A stretch of 64,000 bases of DNA from Lysobacterales bacterium. Its GTDB lineage: Bacteria > Pseudomonadota > Gammaproteobacteria > Xanthomonadales > SZUA-5. The notes beneath the pieces are model-generated. The model did not search any database, was not told the DNA's origin, and worked only from the letters and a program-made list of their open reading frames with translations. The DNA lies in assembly GCA_022844135.1 (NCBI GenBank), contig JALHMG010000029.1, forward strand, positions 300 through 64,299, given 5' to 3'. Position numbers and translations under genes: made by a program. This document shows positions 19,109 through 30,013 of the stretch, one piece after another (within the stretch, counting starts at the first letter, position 1; each line of letters begins with the position of its first letter).

Positions 19109-20161
19109 ATGCGTCGCGCGCACGAGTCAGCCCCTGTCCAGCCGCCCATCTGGTTGCCCCTGGGGGCCGGTGCGCTGCTGGCCGGCCTGCTGGCGGTGCT
19201 GGCCCTGCCTCTGTACGGCCACGGCGCCGCGACCTGGTCGCGCACCGTGTTCCTCAGCACTTTGCTGTTGTGGATGCTGCCGCTCACGCTGCTGCAGCGA
19301 GCCTGGTGGCGGCGCGGCTGGGGCATGCGTAGGACCTGGTTGCTGATGCTGCCGCTGACACTGGGCATGGTGCTGCTGACCAAGTGGCTGCACCTGTGGC
19401 CGCAGCGCGCCACGGGCGAGGCACCCGACCTCGCCTGGCTGTGGCGGGGTCTTGAGGCGCCGTGGCTGGGTTTGCTCGCCTATGCCGCGCTGCATGCACT
19501 GATTGTCCATGCCTGGGCCCTGCGCGCGGCGCGCATCCGCGTGCAGCAGGCCGAGCAGTCAGCGCGGGATGCCCAGCTGCACGCACTGCAGCTGCAGTTG
19601 CAGCCGCATTTTCTGTTCAACACGCTCAACGCGATCTCGGCCGAAGTGGGCGAGGGAAGCACGGCGGTGGCGCAGCGGATGCTGGCGCGCCTGGGCGATC
19701 TGCTGCGGGCCACGCTGGAACTGGGTGGTCAACCCACGCACAGCCTTGCCGCGGAGCTGTCTCTGGTCGAGTCCTATCTCGACATCGAACGCGCCCGCCT
19801 GGGCGAGCGCATGCGCCTCGACCGGCAGATCGCGCCAGGGATCCTCGATGCCGAGGTCCCGACCCTGGGCCTGCAGCCCCTGGTCGAAAACGCGGTCCGC
19901 CATGGTCTGTCGCCACGGCGCGCGCCCGGCACGCTACGTCTGCACATCTGGCGCGAGCAGGATACGCTGCGGGTGGACATCGCCAACGATCTGCCCGAGT
20001 CGCTGCCAGTCGCGTCGTCGGGCGGCGGCGTAGGCCTTGCCAATCTGCGCGCTCGCCTGCGCGAACTGTACGGCGCAGCGGCGACACTCGACTGCAGCGC
20101 CGAGCACGCCCAGTTCCGCGTGCAGCTCAGCCTGCCGTGGCGCGCGGGCAGGAGTGGCTGA
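19109..20161 (+). CDS. LytS/YehU-family sensor histidine kinase
   Basis: Several TM helices, LQLQLQPHFLFNTLNAI, YLDIERARLG, LQPLVENAVRHG, GVGLANLRARL. Confidence 0.9.
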   Translation: MRRAHESAPVQPPIWLPLGAGALLAGLLAVLALPLYGHGAATWSRTVFLSTLLLWMLPLTLLQRAWWRRGWGMRRTWLLMLPLTLGMVLLTKWLHLWPQRATGEAPDLAWLWRGLEAPWLGLLAYAALHALIVHAWALRAARIRVQQAEQSARDAQLHALQLQLQPHFLFNTLNAISAEVGEGSTAVAQRMLARLGDLLRATLELGGQPTHSLAAELSLVESYLDIERARLGERMRLDRQIAPGILDAEVPTLGLQPLVENAVRHGLSPRRAPGTLRLHIWREQDTLRVDIANDLPESLPVASSGGGVGLANLRARLRELYGAAATLDCSAEHAQFRVQLSLPWRAGRSG

Positions 20162-20886
20162 TGCGCATCGCCGTGGTCGACGACGAGGCGCCGGCGCGAC
20201 GGGCGATCCTCAACCAGCTGCAGACGCTTGGTCTGCAAGCGACGGCAGAGTATTCCGACGGATGCGCCGCGCTGGATGGGCTGCGCGCCACTCCTGTGGA
20301 TCTGGTGTTTCTCGACATCTCCATGCCCGGAATGGACGGTCTTGATGTGCTGGCCGCGCTGCCGTCCGCCGCGCGGCCGCTCGCCATCCTGCTGACCGCG
20401 CACAGTACGTTCGCCGTGCGCGCCTTCGAGCTGGGCGTTGTCGACTACTTGCTCAAACCGATCGATCCTGTGCGCTTTGCCGAAGCGCTGATGCGCGCCC
20501 GCGAACGCTGGCAATGGCGGGGCAGGGCGCCTGCGCCGACGGCGCCGTCGCCGCAGCGTTTCGCGGTCAGGGTCGGGCGCAGCGAGCACTACGTGGCCAC
20601 CGCGGACATCCGCTGGATCGAGGCCGACGGTGACTACGCGACCTTGCACACGGCCGGTCACGCCTACCCATTGCGCCAGACCCTTCACGAGCTGTCGCAG
20701 CAGCTGGATGCGCGTCAGTTCGTGCGCGTGCACCGTTCGGCCATCGTGCGCGTGGATTGCGTGGCCGAGATCAAGCCGCTGACCAATCGCGACGCGTTGC
20801 TGCGCCTGGACGACGGCACGCCGGTGCGGGTGAGCCGCAGCTACATCGATGCACTGCTCGCGACACTGCAGGCGGTGCGGGGTTAG
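20161..20886 (+). CDS. LytTR-family response regulator
   Basis: MRIAVVDDE, FLDISMPGMDG, DYLLKP, FVRVHRSAIV, VSRSY. TGATG coupling with the kinase. Confidence 0.92.
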   Translation: MRIAVVDDEAPARRAILNQLQTLGLQATAEYSDGCAALDGLRATPVDLVFLDISMPGMDGLDVLAALPSAARPLAILLTAHSTFAVRAFELGVVDYLLKPIDPVRFAEALMRARERWQWRGRAPAPTAPSPQRFAVRVGRSEHYVATADIRWIEADGDYATLHTAGHAYPLRQTLHELSQQLDARQFVRVHRSAIVRVDCVAEIKPLTNRDALLRLDDGTPVRVSRSYIDALLATLQAVRG

Positions 20887-21024
20887 TTTGGTCGCGACGA
20901 CGGAGCCTGCCGATTACGCGCCGCCCACCGGCTCGGCGCAGCCCGTGCACGACCCGCTGTGCCATCGCCACGCGCCGCGCCGCATGCGAATACAGTTCGG
21001 CTCCCCATCATCGAGGAGCCATCC

Positions 21025-22452
21025 ATGTCCATCGTCCGCAACAGCCTGTTCGCCCTGCTGCTCGGAATCGCCGTTCCGGTCCATGCCAGCGCCTGCAGCC
21101 CGCAAGACGACCCCGCCTCGCGCACGGCCCAACGCATGCTGGACGCCCTGGTCGACGTCAACGGCGTGCCCGGCATGGGCGCAGCGGTGTGGCGCCGGAA
21201 CAGCGTCGTGTGGATCGGCTGCGCCGGCAGCCGCGACCGCGAAGCGAGGCTACCCGTCGAGGCCGACACATTCTTCCGTCTCGCCAGCGTCTCGAAGGTA
21301 TTCGCCGCTACGGCCATCGGCCGGCTCGCCGAGCAAGGGCAGCTCGATCTCGATGCGCCGGTCGCTACCTACCTGACCTGGCTGCCCTCGCGCTGGGCGC
21401 CGATGAGCCTCCGCCAGCTCGCGGCGCATGCGTCCGGTCTGGGCCATTACATCGCCGCCGACGATGCACTCGGTCAGCGTCACTTCGATACTGCCCGCGC
21501 CGCCGTGCGCTGGTTCATCGAGCGCCCGCTCGTCGCTGCACCGGGTGAGCGCTACGAATACTCGTCGTGGGGCTACACGCTGATCGGCGCGGTGATCGAG
21601 GCGGTCGCCGGCACGCGTTACATCGACTACATCCGGCGCGAGATCACCCCCGGCCTGGGTGTGATCCAGGACGGCAGCGGCACTGACGCGCGCGTCTCGC
21701 GCTTCTACGATATCGGTGCTGGCAAACCGGCGCGGGTGGCGGGTGGGGATATGAGCTACACCGTGCCCGGTGGCGGGATGGCCGCGACGCCCGCCGCAGT
21801 GGCGGCGTTCGGCGGGCATTTGATGGCCGGGCACATGGTGTCTGCGGAAAGCTGGCATGCGATGCGCCAGCCGTTTGTGCTGGACGATGGGTCGATCGCG
21901 GGCGAGCGCGATTACCAGGTGGGCCTCGGTTGGCGCAGCGGTCGCGACGAGGATGGCGCGGCGATCGCGCATCACGCAGGCATCACTGAGGGAGCACGCT
22001 CGGCACTCGTAGTCTGGCCGGACGAGCACACGGCTGCGAGCCTGCTGTCGAACGCGATCTGGGTGTCGTCGATCGAACGCTCGGCGATGCTGCTCGCTGC
22101 GCCGTTCCGGGACCCGCCTGCCGGCCTGATCGAGCGCGAGTGCCCGCTGCAGGCGCAGCGCTATCGTGGCACGCTCGGCGACGCAAGCATCCTCGGTGCG
22201 CTACGTTTCGAGATCGAGCTGGGTCGGTGCGTGGGCGTGCTCGAGCTGGATCCCACGCTGGCGGCCGCGTTCGCCAAAGCGACGGCCTGGCCTCATCGCC
22301 AGTTGCAGATTGTGAGCCTGTCCGACCGCGGCTCACTGTCGCGCGCTGCGCTGGTCACGCCATACGGATTGTACGAGTTGCGGGCGGTCGACGGAGGCTG
22401 GCGGGCAAGGCTGCCTGCGGGTGAGCTGAGCTTGCGGATGACGGAGTCCTGA
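21025..22452 (+). CDS. Secreted serine hydrolase (beta-lactamase-related)
   Basis: GAGGAG RBS, signal peptide, FRLASVSK, LAAHASG, PGERYEYSSWGY, HHAG. Confidence 0.88.
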   Translation: MSIVRNSLFALLLGIAVPVHASACSPQDDPASRTAQRMLDALVDVNGVPGMGAAVWRRNSVVWIGCAGSRDREARLPVEADTFFRLASVSKVFAATAIGRLAEQGQLDLDAPVATYLTWLPSRWAPMSLRQLAAHASGLGHYIAADDALGQRHFDTARAAVRWFIERPLVAAPGERYEYSSWGYTLIGAVIEAVAGTRYIDYIRREITPGLGVIQDGSGTDARVSRFYDIGAGKPARVAGGDMSYTVPGGGMAATPAAVAAFGGHLMAGHMVSAESWHAMRQPFVLDDGSIAGERDYQVGLGWRSGRDEDGAAIAHHAGITEGARSALVVWPDEHTAASLLSNAIWVSSIERSAMLLAAPFRDPPAGLIERECPLQAQRYRGTLGDASILGALRFEIELGRCVGVLELDPTLAAAFAKATAWPHRQLQIVSLSDRGSLSRAALVTPYGLYELRAVDGGWRARLPAGELSLRMTES

Positions 22453-23013
22453 CGCAGATTTGCCGCACGAGGCCTGCGCCGCATCTGGCGGCGGCGTTGC
22501 CTGGCGTGATGAAGAGCCCAATCGTTGGTTTCGAGGTCGCTGGCCGCCGGCGCGCCAAGCCTGGCGGTCAGCGACGCGATTCGTTGCGCGAGGTCGTCCG
22601 GTATTGCGGCGTCAGGCTGCCAAAGCGCGACGGAATGATGCAGCGATTGGCGGCCGAGTTCGAATCGGCCTTCGGCGAGCGCCGCTTCCGCCAGTTCCAG
22701 GTGAAGGCCACCCAGTTTGATTCGATTCTCCGGCGCATCGGGATCGCCTGGCGGATTGGATAGTTGCTCCAAGACCTCGCGATGACGCTGGAGGCGATTC
22801 AAAGCGTGCGCCCAATTCTTCTCGAACAGCCGCACGTCGCTATGCGAGCGCGAGAAGATCTGGCGCCCAATCCGATTGGCTGGCGAACAGCGCGTGCGCG
22901 GCGCGGCACTGCGCGCGGTTGCAGGTCGCTGGGCGACAGCCGATCCCCCATATTCCTGGGATGCCGGCCGTGGCGGCGAGTGACTCTAATCGGGCGGTCT
23001 TCGGGAGTTCGTC

Positions 23014-26000
23014 ATGACCGCTTTGCTGCGCGCCTGTTTGTGCTGTTTGCTGCTGTCCGCCATGACGGCACAGGCGGCTCCGCTGGATCCGAACGCCTTT
23101 ACCAGCCTCGGAAGTTTCAATCCCGGCAGCAACGTCAGCGTCAATACCGACACGCTGGCGATGAGCGGCGGCGCCACATTTACCGGTGTGACTTCCGGCA
23201 ACATCGCAGTGTTCACGTTCACGACGGTGAATCTGAGCGCCGGTATCACGATCACCGTCACCGGCAGCCGGGCGTTTGCGCTGCTTTCGCGCGGGACGAT
23301 GTCGATTGCCGGTACAGTCGATGTATCGGCTTCCGGCAACACCCGCGGTGCAGGCGGCCACAATGGCAACGCCAGCAGCGCCGGCGGCTTTGGCAGCGGG
23401 CCAGGCGCTGGCGGTGGGGATTCGCAAGGCGGCGGTGGCGCCGGCTTCGGCAACGTCGGCGGCTCGTCGTCCACCGGCTCCATCGCCGGGCCAGCGTACG
23501 GCAATCTGGCGGTCTTGCTGGAGGGCGGCAGCGGTGGCGGCAGGGGCACTTTTTTTCCGACCACGAGTGGCGCAGGCGGCGGCGGCGGTGGTGCGCTCGA
23601 ACTCGGCGCATTGGGAAGCCTGACTTTGCAAGGAAGCGCTGTCCTGCGCGCCAACGGTGGCAACGGTGCGAACCACACAACCGGCAGCGATGGCGATGGC
23701 GGCGGCGGCGGATCCGGCGGCGGTTTGTACCTGCATGGCGCGCCCACCGATCTACTCTCCGGCGCGCAATTGCGAGCCAATGGCGGGAACGGCGGCAATG
23801 GCCGGAACGGCGTGGGCGGCGGCGGCGGAGCGGGCGGGCGCATTCGCGTTGAAGACATCGGGGTCAATGCGGCAACGGTTTCGGCCAACGGCGGAACCGG
23901 AAGCGCGATCGGTGGTTTCGGCACCGGCTTCAATGGCGGCAACGGCGAGATCCTGCTGCTCGGTCCGCCGGGGGTCTCGGTGGTTCAGAGCGGCGGTTCC
24001 ACCAATGTGACCGAAGGTGGTGCGATCGACACCTACACCTTGGTGTTAACCTCGCCACCCTCGGCCAATGTGAGCGTTGCGCTGAATCCTGGCGCTCAGC
24101 TCACGGCGACGCCGAGTCCGGTGGTGTTCACTCCGGGCAATTTTGCAACGCCGCAAACAGTGACGGTCGCGGCCGTGGACGACACGGCGATCGAGGGTCC
24201 GCACCTCGGCACGATCACGCATTCGGTGAGCAGCAGCGACGGCCGATACAACAATCTGGTGGTGCCCAGTGTTTCGGTCAACATCACCGACAATGATCAA
24301 GCCGCGCTGGCGATCAACGACGTCTCGATCAGCGAAGGCAACACCGGATCCTCGATCCTGAGTTTCACCGTAACCCGCACCGGCACAACGTCGGCAGCGG
24401 CCGGCTTTACCTACGGCACAGTGGACAATGGCGCCACGGCCGGCAGCGACTATGCGACGGCCAGCGGCACCGGCAGCATCCCCGGTGGCGGCAGCAGCGG
24501 CAGCACCACCGTCAACGTCACGATCAACGGCGATGCCGTCTTCGAAAACAACGAAAGCTTCTTCGTGAACTTGAGCGCGCCGACCAACGCTACGATCGCC
24601 GACGGTCAGGGCGTTGGCACCATCGTCAATGACGATACTGCGCCAGCGCTGACGATCAACGATGTCAGCGTGGTGGAAGGCAACTCGGGGACATCGAGTC
24701 TGCTCTTTATCGTGACCCGAACGGGCCCGACCGAATTGCCGGCAACCTTCATCGCCGCTACTGCCGATAGCACGGCGACGGCGCCGTCGGACTATCTGTC
24801 GGCATTGACGGGCAGCACAAGCATTGCACCCGGAGGCGCGAGCGCTACGACCACGTTGACGGCCACAATCAACGGCGATGTGGTGGTCGAGAGCAACGAG
24901 AGCTTTTTCGTCAACTTGAGCGCACCGAACAACGCGAGCATCGCCGACAATCAAGGCATCGGTACGATCAACAACGACGATGTTGCGGGAATCGTCCTGG
25001 TGCAGTCGGGCGGGAACACCGTTGTCGCGGAGGGCGGCGCGACCGACAACTACACCTTGGTACTGACCAGCCAACCGACCGCAAACGTATCGATCGCGCT
25101 GACCGGCACGCAGGTTACGGCGACACCAACGCCACTGGTTTTCACCAGCGCGAACTGGAATCTGCCGCAAGAGGTCACCGTGACAGCCATCGACGACGCG
25201 CAGATCGAAGGCAATCACACGGGTTCGGTGAGCTCCACAGTGACCAGCGCCGATAGCAACTACAGCAGCGCAATACTGGCGGCAGTGCCGGTGGCGATCG
25301 TCGACAACGATAGCGCCGGCGTGAGCATTACCCAATCCGGCGGCAGCACGGCGGTGACCGAAGGTGGGGCCACGGACAATTACACCGTGTTGCTGACCAG
25401 CCAGCCGGTCGGCGATGTCGTGATCACGCCCAGCGGCGTGCAAGTTGGCGTTTCGCCCAGCAGTCTGACCTTCACTGTCAGCAACTGGAACCTGCCGCAG
25501 ACAGTGACCGTCGCGGCGCTGGACGATAACTCCGTCGAGGGCCCGCATACCGGCAGCATCGTCCACGCCGTGACGAGCAGCGATGCCAACTACAACGGAA
25601 TCAGCATCGACGGTGTACCGGGCATCGGCATTACCGATAACGATTCCGCCACTGTGCAGTTCAGTCCGATCAGCGTCAGCCAATCGGAAGCGATATCGCC
25701 GATGGTGTTCACTGTGACGCTGTCGAACCCCGTGGCCTCGGGCGTGACGCTGACGGTGAACTCGACGCCGGGCACGGCGACTTCGCCGGCCGACTTCGCC
25801 GCGATCAGCGGCGGCACCGTGACCTTCGCGCCGAACTCGACCACTTCGCAGACGGTGAATGTGGTCATCGCCAATGAAAGCTTGTTCGAAGGCAACGAGA
25901 CCTACTCGCTGACGCTGTCGAGTTTGGTGGCGACTGGCAATGTGACGTTGCCACCCGGCACGGCGACGGCAACTGGCACGATCGCCAACGACGATGCCGC

Positions 26001-28683
26001 GCCGACGATCACGATCAGCGCGCCGAGCGTGGTGGAGGGCAATCCGCCGACGTCGACGCCGCTGAACTTCGTGGTGAGCTTGAACACGGCCTCGGGTCTG
26101 CCGGTGAACTTCAACTATGCGACCAATGGTGCGACCGGAACGGCAACGGCGGGCACGGACTACACGGCGGTGCCGAGTACGGCCGGCAGCATTGCCGCCG
26201 GGCAATTGAGCGTCACGCTACCGGTCACGGTGCTGGGCGACGTGCTGTCGGAAGGCAACGAAACGGTGGTGCTGGATCTGAGCACCATCGGCAACGCCAA
26301 CGTGACTACCCTGAGCGGCACGGGCACGATCAACGACGATGACATTGCCCAGATCACGCTCACCGACGCGGGCCTGACCGAAGGCGACAGCGGCAGCCAG
26401 AACCTGCAGTTCACGGTGAGCCGCAGCGGCAATGGCGGCGCCTTCAGCGTCGACTTCGCCACCAGCAATGCCACGGCGACCGCCGGCAGCGACTACACCA
26501 GCACCACGGGCACGCTGACATTCACCGCCAACGGTGCTCCCAGCCAGGTCATCAATGTGCCGATCACTGGCGAGTCGCTGGTTGAAGTCACGGAGACCTT
26601 CACAGTGACGCTGAGCAATGTGGTGAACACCCTCGGCACCGCCGCGATCGACGACGGCAGCGGCACCGGCACCATCACCGACAACGACAGCGCCACCGTG
26701 CAGTTCGCGCCGACCAGTGTCAGTCAGTCGGAGGCGACCAGTCCGATGGCCTTCACGGTGACGCTGAGCAATCCCGTGCAATCGGGTGTGACCCTGACGG
26801 TGAACTCGACGCCGGGCACGGCGACTTCGCCGGCCGACTTCACCGCGATCAGCGGCGGCACCGTGAGCTTCGCGCCGAACAGCAACACTGCGCAGACGGT
26901 GAACGTGGTCATCGCCAACGATGCGCTGGACGAGGACGATGAGCAGTTTACGCTCACGCTCTCTAGCCTCACGGCGACCGGCAACGTCACGCTGCCGATC
27001 GCCACCGCCACGGCCACCGGCACCATCCAGGACGACGATGCGCTACCGGTGTTGTCGGTCGCCAACGTGTCGCAAGCCGAGGGCAACAGCGGCACGACGA
27101 CGATGACCTTTACCGTGAACCTGACGCCGGTCTCGGGTCGCGCGGTGAGCTTCACCCGGGCCACGACCGATGGCAGCGCGGTGTCGATCGGCGCTGCGCC
27201 GGATTTCGTGGCGCTGGCGGCTGCGCCGGTCACCATCGCCGCCGGACAATCGAGCGCGTCGATTGCGGTGACCATCAATGGCGATGCGGTTTTCGAAGGC
27301 GATCAGCAGTTCACGCTGGATCTGTCGGCCGTTGGCAATGCGACGCCGGGCAGCCTGAGCGCCGTCGGCACGATCGTCGACGACGATCAGCAGCCGACCA
27401 CCACCACGATCAGCAGCGATCAGCCGGACCCGAGTCTGGTCGGTCAGCCGTACACAGTAGCGGTGGTGGTGCGCGGACAATCGAGTTCGCCGAGCGGCAC
27501 GATCTCGATCAGCGATGGCAGCGCCAGCTGCGGGCCGGTCGCGTTGACCCCGAGCAACTCGCCGGAGAGCACCGCGAGCTGCTCGTTGACCAGCACCAGC
27601 GCCGGCAACAAGACGTTGACCGCGAGTTACACGCCAGCGAACACGGCTTTTGCGCCGAGCAGCGGCACCACGGCGCACCGCGTCGATGCGGCCAGCACGC
27701 GCTTGAGCGTCACCGGCCCGGCGCGTGTGCGGATCGATACGGCGGCGACCTACAGCATCGATCTCGGCGTGATCGCGCCGGGCGGCGGCACGCCCACCGG
27801 CACGGTCACCGTCAGCAGCGGCGCGAACAGCTGCACGATTGCGCTGCCGGCCACGAGTTGCAACCTGAGCTTCAGCACGCTCGGCAGCCGCACGATCAGC
27901 GCCAGCTATCCGGGCAACGGCGACTATCTGGGTTCGAACAGCAGCGGCGCGGGCAACGCCGGCACCGTGGTATTTGCGTTGAGCGATGTGGAAGTCACCA
28001 AGACCGATGGTCGCGAGTTCTATGCGCCCGGCGATTTGATCGTTTACACCATCCAGGTGCGAAATCTCGGACCGGATATCGCCGAGAACATCCGCTTGCA
28101 GGACACGCTGCCGGCGGGTTTGAGCGCGGGGCAATGGAGCTGCGATGCCAGTGGCGGCGCCAGCTGCGCACAGAATGCCGGCACCGGCAATCTCGATCAG
28201 CTGATCCCCCTCCTGCCGCGCACCGGCCTGCTCAACTACACCTTGTTCGCCAACGTGGTCGGCAGCCCGGGCTCCATCAGCAATAGCGCCACGTTGGTAC
28301 TGCCGGCCGATGCCACCATCGACGATCCGCAGTCGGCGAACAACAGCGCCACCGATGTCAGCATCCTGGACCGTTTGTTCGAAAACGGATTTGAGGCGCC
28401 ATCGGTGAACGGTCCGAGCGGCAGCTTCGTGCTGCCCGGTCTGGCGTTGAGAGGCGCGCTCGATCCGGTGGCGATCAGCGTTTACAGTCTGGCCGATAGC
28501 CGCGGTCCGGCGTTGCGCGTGTACGCGCGGCTGTGGAATGGCGAGGTCGAGTACGCACTGGCGATCCGCGACGGCGCCAAGCTGCGGCTGGGCGCCTGGC
28601 AGCGCCATGCGGGCGAACCGACGTTGCGCTGGACCGCCACGCAGGTTGCCGAGGGCTGGGTGCTGCAAAGCGCAGCGCTATAG
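23014..28683 (+). CDS. Large (1889 aa) secreted adhesin-like protein: Gly-rich N-terminus, multiple Calx-beta and Ig-like repeats, DUF11, internal LFENGFE plus ~95-aa C-terminal domain
   Basis: Signal peptide; repeated GTATxxxDY/DF...GTIxNDD Calx-beta units; a near-duplicated unit at ~25633 and ~26677; YTIQVRNLGP (DUF11); LDRLFENGFE at 28366-28395. Confidence 0.92.
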   Translation: MTALLRACLCCLLLSAMTAQAAPLDPNAFTSLGSFNPGSNVSVNTDTLAMSGGATFTGVTSGNIAVFTFTTVNLSAGITITVTGSRAFALLSRGTMSIAGTVDVSASGNTRGAGGHNGNASSAGGFGSGPGAGGGDSQGGGGAGFGNVGGSSSTGSIAGPAYGNLAVLLEGGSGGGRGTFFPTTSGAGGGGGGALELGALGSLTLQGSAVLRANGGNGANHTTGSDGDGGGGGSGGGLYLHGAPTDLLSGAQLRANGGNGGNGRNGVGGGGGAGGRIRVEDIGVNAATVSANGGTGSAIGGFGTGFNGGNGEILLLGPPGVSVVQSGGSTNVTEGGAIDTYTLVLTSPPSANVSVALNPGAQLTATPSPVVFTPGNFATPQTVTVAAVDDTAIEGPHLGTITHSVSSSDGRYNNLVVPSVSVNITDNDQAALAINDVSISEGNTGSSILSFTVTRTGTTSAAAGFTYGTVDNGATAGSDYATASGTGSIPGGGSSGSTTVNVTINGDAVFENNESFFVNLSAPTNATIADGQGVGTIVNDDTAPALTINDVSVVEGNSGTSSLLFIVTRTGPTELPATFIAATADSTATAPSDYLSALTGSTSIAPGGASATTTLTATINGDVVVESNESFFVNLSAPNNASIADNQGIGTINNDDVAGIVLVQSGGNTVVAEGGATDNYTLVLTSQPTANVSIALTGTQVTATPTPLVFTSANWNLPQEVTVTAIDDAQIEGNHTGSVSSTVTSADSNYSSAILAAVPVAIVDNDSAGVSITQSGGSTAVTEGGATDNYTVLLTSQPVGDVVITPSGVQVGVSPSSLTFTVSNWNLPQTVTVAALDDNSVEGPHTGSIVHAVTSSDANYNGISIDGVPGIGITDNDSATVQFSPISVSQSEAISPMVFTVTLSNPVASGVTLTVNSTPGTATSPADFAAISGGTVTFAPNSTTSQTVNVVIANESLFEGNETYSLTLSSLVATGNVTLPPGTATATGTIANDDAAPTITISAPSVVEGNPPTSTPLNFVVSLNTASGLPVNFNYATNGATGTATAGTDYTAVPSTAGSIAAGQLSVTLPVTVLGDVLSEGNETVVLDLSTIGNANVTTLSGTGTINDDDIAQITLTDAGLTEGDSGSQNLQFTVSRSGNGGAFSVDFATSNATATAGSDYTSTTGTLTFTANGAPSQVINVPITGESLVEVTETFTVTLSNVVNTLGTAAIDDGSGTGTITDNDSATVQFAPTSVSQSEATSPMAFTVTLSNPVQSGVTLTVNSTPGTATSPADFTAISGGTVSFAPNSNTAQTVNVVIANDALDEDDEQFTLTLSSLTATGNVTLPIATATATGTIQDDDALPVLSVANVSQAEGNSGTTTMTFTVNLTPVSGRAVSFTRATTDGSAVSIGAAPDFVALAAAPVTIAAGQSSASIAVTINGDAVFEGDQQFTLDLSAVGNATPGSLSAVGTIVDDDQQPTTTTISSDQPDPSLVGQPYTVAVVVRGQSSSPSGTISISDGSASCGPVALTPSNSPESTASCSLTSTSAGNKTLTASYTPANTAFAPSSGTTAHRVDAASTRLSVTGPARVRIDTAATYSIDLGVIAPGGGTPTGTVTVSSGANSCTIALPATSCNLSFSTLGSRTISASYPGNGDYLGSNSSGAGNAGTVVFALSDVEVTKTDGREFYAPGDLIVYTIQVRNLGPDIAENIRLQDTLPAGLSAGQWSCDASGGASCAQNAGTGNLDQLIPLLPRTGLLNYTLFANVVGSPGSISNSATLVLPADATIDDPQSANNSATDVSILDRLFENGFEAPSVNGPSGSFVLPGLALRGALDPVAISVYSLADSRGPALRVYARLWNGEVEYALAIRDGAKLRLGAWQRHAGEPTLRWTATQVAEGWVLQSAAL

Positions 28684-28750
28684 CCCTGTGTGCTCGCCCC
28701 AGGTGCGAACCATCCATGGTTCGCGCCTGCAGGCTTGCTCTCAACAGCAA

Positions 28751-30013
28751 TCAACGCGCGAGGGCGATCTGTGCATTGACCAGCAGTGGCGGCCCGCTGC
28801 TCGGATCGACCACCGGTAACGGCGGTGGTGGCGGAACGGTGAAATGATCGATGGCGCTTTTCTGGAAGACGATCGCCAGACTCGATCCGCCATAACTGAA
28901 GTAACCCAGTTCTGCGCCTTTTTTGAGGCGATCACCTGCCTTGACGCAAATCCGCACCGAAGAAATTTCGGTGATGCCGATCGGTACCACGCAAACGATG
29001 CCGATCGCCCTATCGTCGCTCTCGATGAAGACCAGGCCGCGCGTGTTGACTGTCGCATCGTACCCTTCCGAAAGGACACCGGCGTTCGGGTCGAAACCGG
29101 CCGACTCTGCATCGCTGAACATCAGTCCATCCACGACCCGTGCCTCACGCACGGTGCCATCGATAGGCGCGTGCCAGCGGTGATAATTTGCGCCACTGAG
29201 GAACGACTGAAATACATAGCCGCCGACGAAGCGCTCCCAATGCTCGCTGCGATCGAGCATGTCGACGAGCGAAAACGGCTCGCCCTTGAGCCAGAACTTA
29301 TCTTGCGGTTTGATGTCTCTGGCGATCGTGACCAGGTTGCCGTCGTTCGGCGATACGATGACTTTGGGATTGTCCGGCGCGCTGATCGGTCGCGCCTGCG
29401 GTTTGATTTCGCGATGGAAGTAGTCGTTGTACGAGGCGAAACCCCAGTGCGGCTTGGTACGATCGAACTCGAACTCCCAGAGTTTCATGTCCTGATACGC
29501 GAAATCCGACAACCAGCCGAACGGACCCTCATTGAGCACGTGCGAACTGGCGGGGCTGTCGAGATATCGGCACCACTGCTGTAGCACGTCCTTGATCGCC
29601 CTGTTGAACTCCTCGTTGCGAAAGAGCGCCTCGCCCGCTGGCGTCATCATCATGTAGGCGAACAGCGATGACATCGGAAACGCGTTGCGTTTGGCCGGAT
29701 CCTGGTTGTAGAGCGGCGCGCTGACGACGATCTGTTCCAGTGCCTGCAACAATTCTGGAGTGCTGTGCACAACCTTCTGCGCGTCGGGCACCTGATCGAT
29801 CATCTGCGAGACGTACATCCGGATCAGTGGCCTGGTTTCGATCAGCACTCCGAGGCGCGCGACCGCGTCGCTCGGGGCGCAGGCCGCCGCCGACAGCGTC
29901 GCACGAAAGTCTTGCTGCCAGGCATCCAGGCCGGCCCGCTCGCGCGGCAGGTAGCCGGCGCGATAGCCAAAGAGCTTTCGATATCTGGCGTCCAGATGGG
30001 CATGCAGGTCCAT
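28751..30013 (-). CDS. Phosphatidylserine-decarboxylase-family pyruvoyl enzyme with PSDC-type N-terminal domain (PsiD-like)
   Basis: WCRYLDSPASSHVLN..GWL, HWGFASYNDYFHREIK, FWLKGEPFSL, YHRWHAPIDG, ELGYFSYGGSS self-cleavage motif. AAGGA RBS before ATG 30013. Confidence 0.85.
   Translation of the reverse strand: MDLHAHLDARYRKLFGYRAGYLPRERAGLDAWQQDFRATLSAAACAPSDAVARLGVLIETRPLIRMYVSQMIDQVPDAQKVVHSTPELLQALEQIVVSAPLYNQDPAKRNAFPMSSLFAYMMMTPAGEALFRNEEFNRAIKDVLQQWCRYLDSPASSHVLNEGPFGWLSDFAYQDMKLWEFEFDRTKPHWGFASYNDYFHREIKPQARPISAPDNPKVIVSPNDGNLVTIARDIKPQDKFWLKGEPFSLVDMLDRSEHWERFVGGYVFQSFLSGANYHRWHAPIDGTVREARVVDGLMFSDAESAGFDPNAGVLSEGYDATVNTRGLVFIESDDRAIGIVCVVPIGITEISSVRICVKAGDRLKKGAELGYFSYGGSSLAIVFQKSAIDHFTVPPPPPLPVVDPSSGPPLLVNAQIALAR

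Noticed and set aside
22293-22835. 180-aa minus-strand ORF with TPR-like helices
   Set aside because: It overlaps the 3' end of the serine hydrolase and has no clear RBS or family motif. It may be a gene remnant but cannot be supported.
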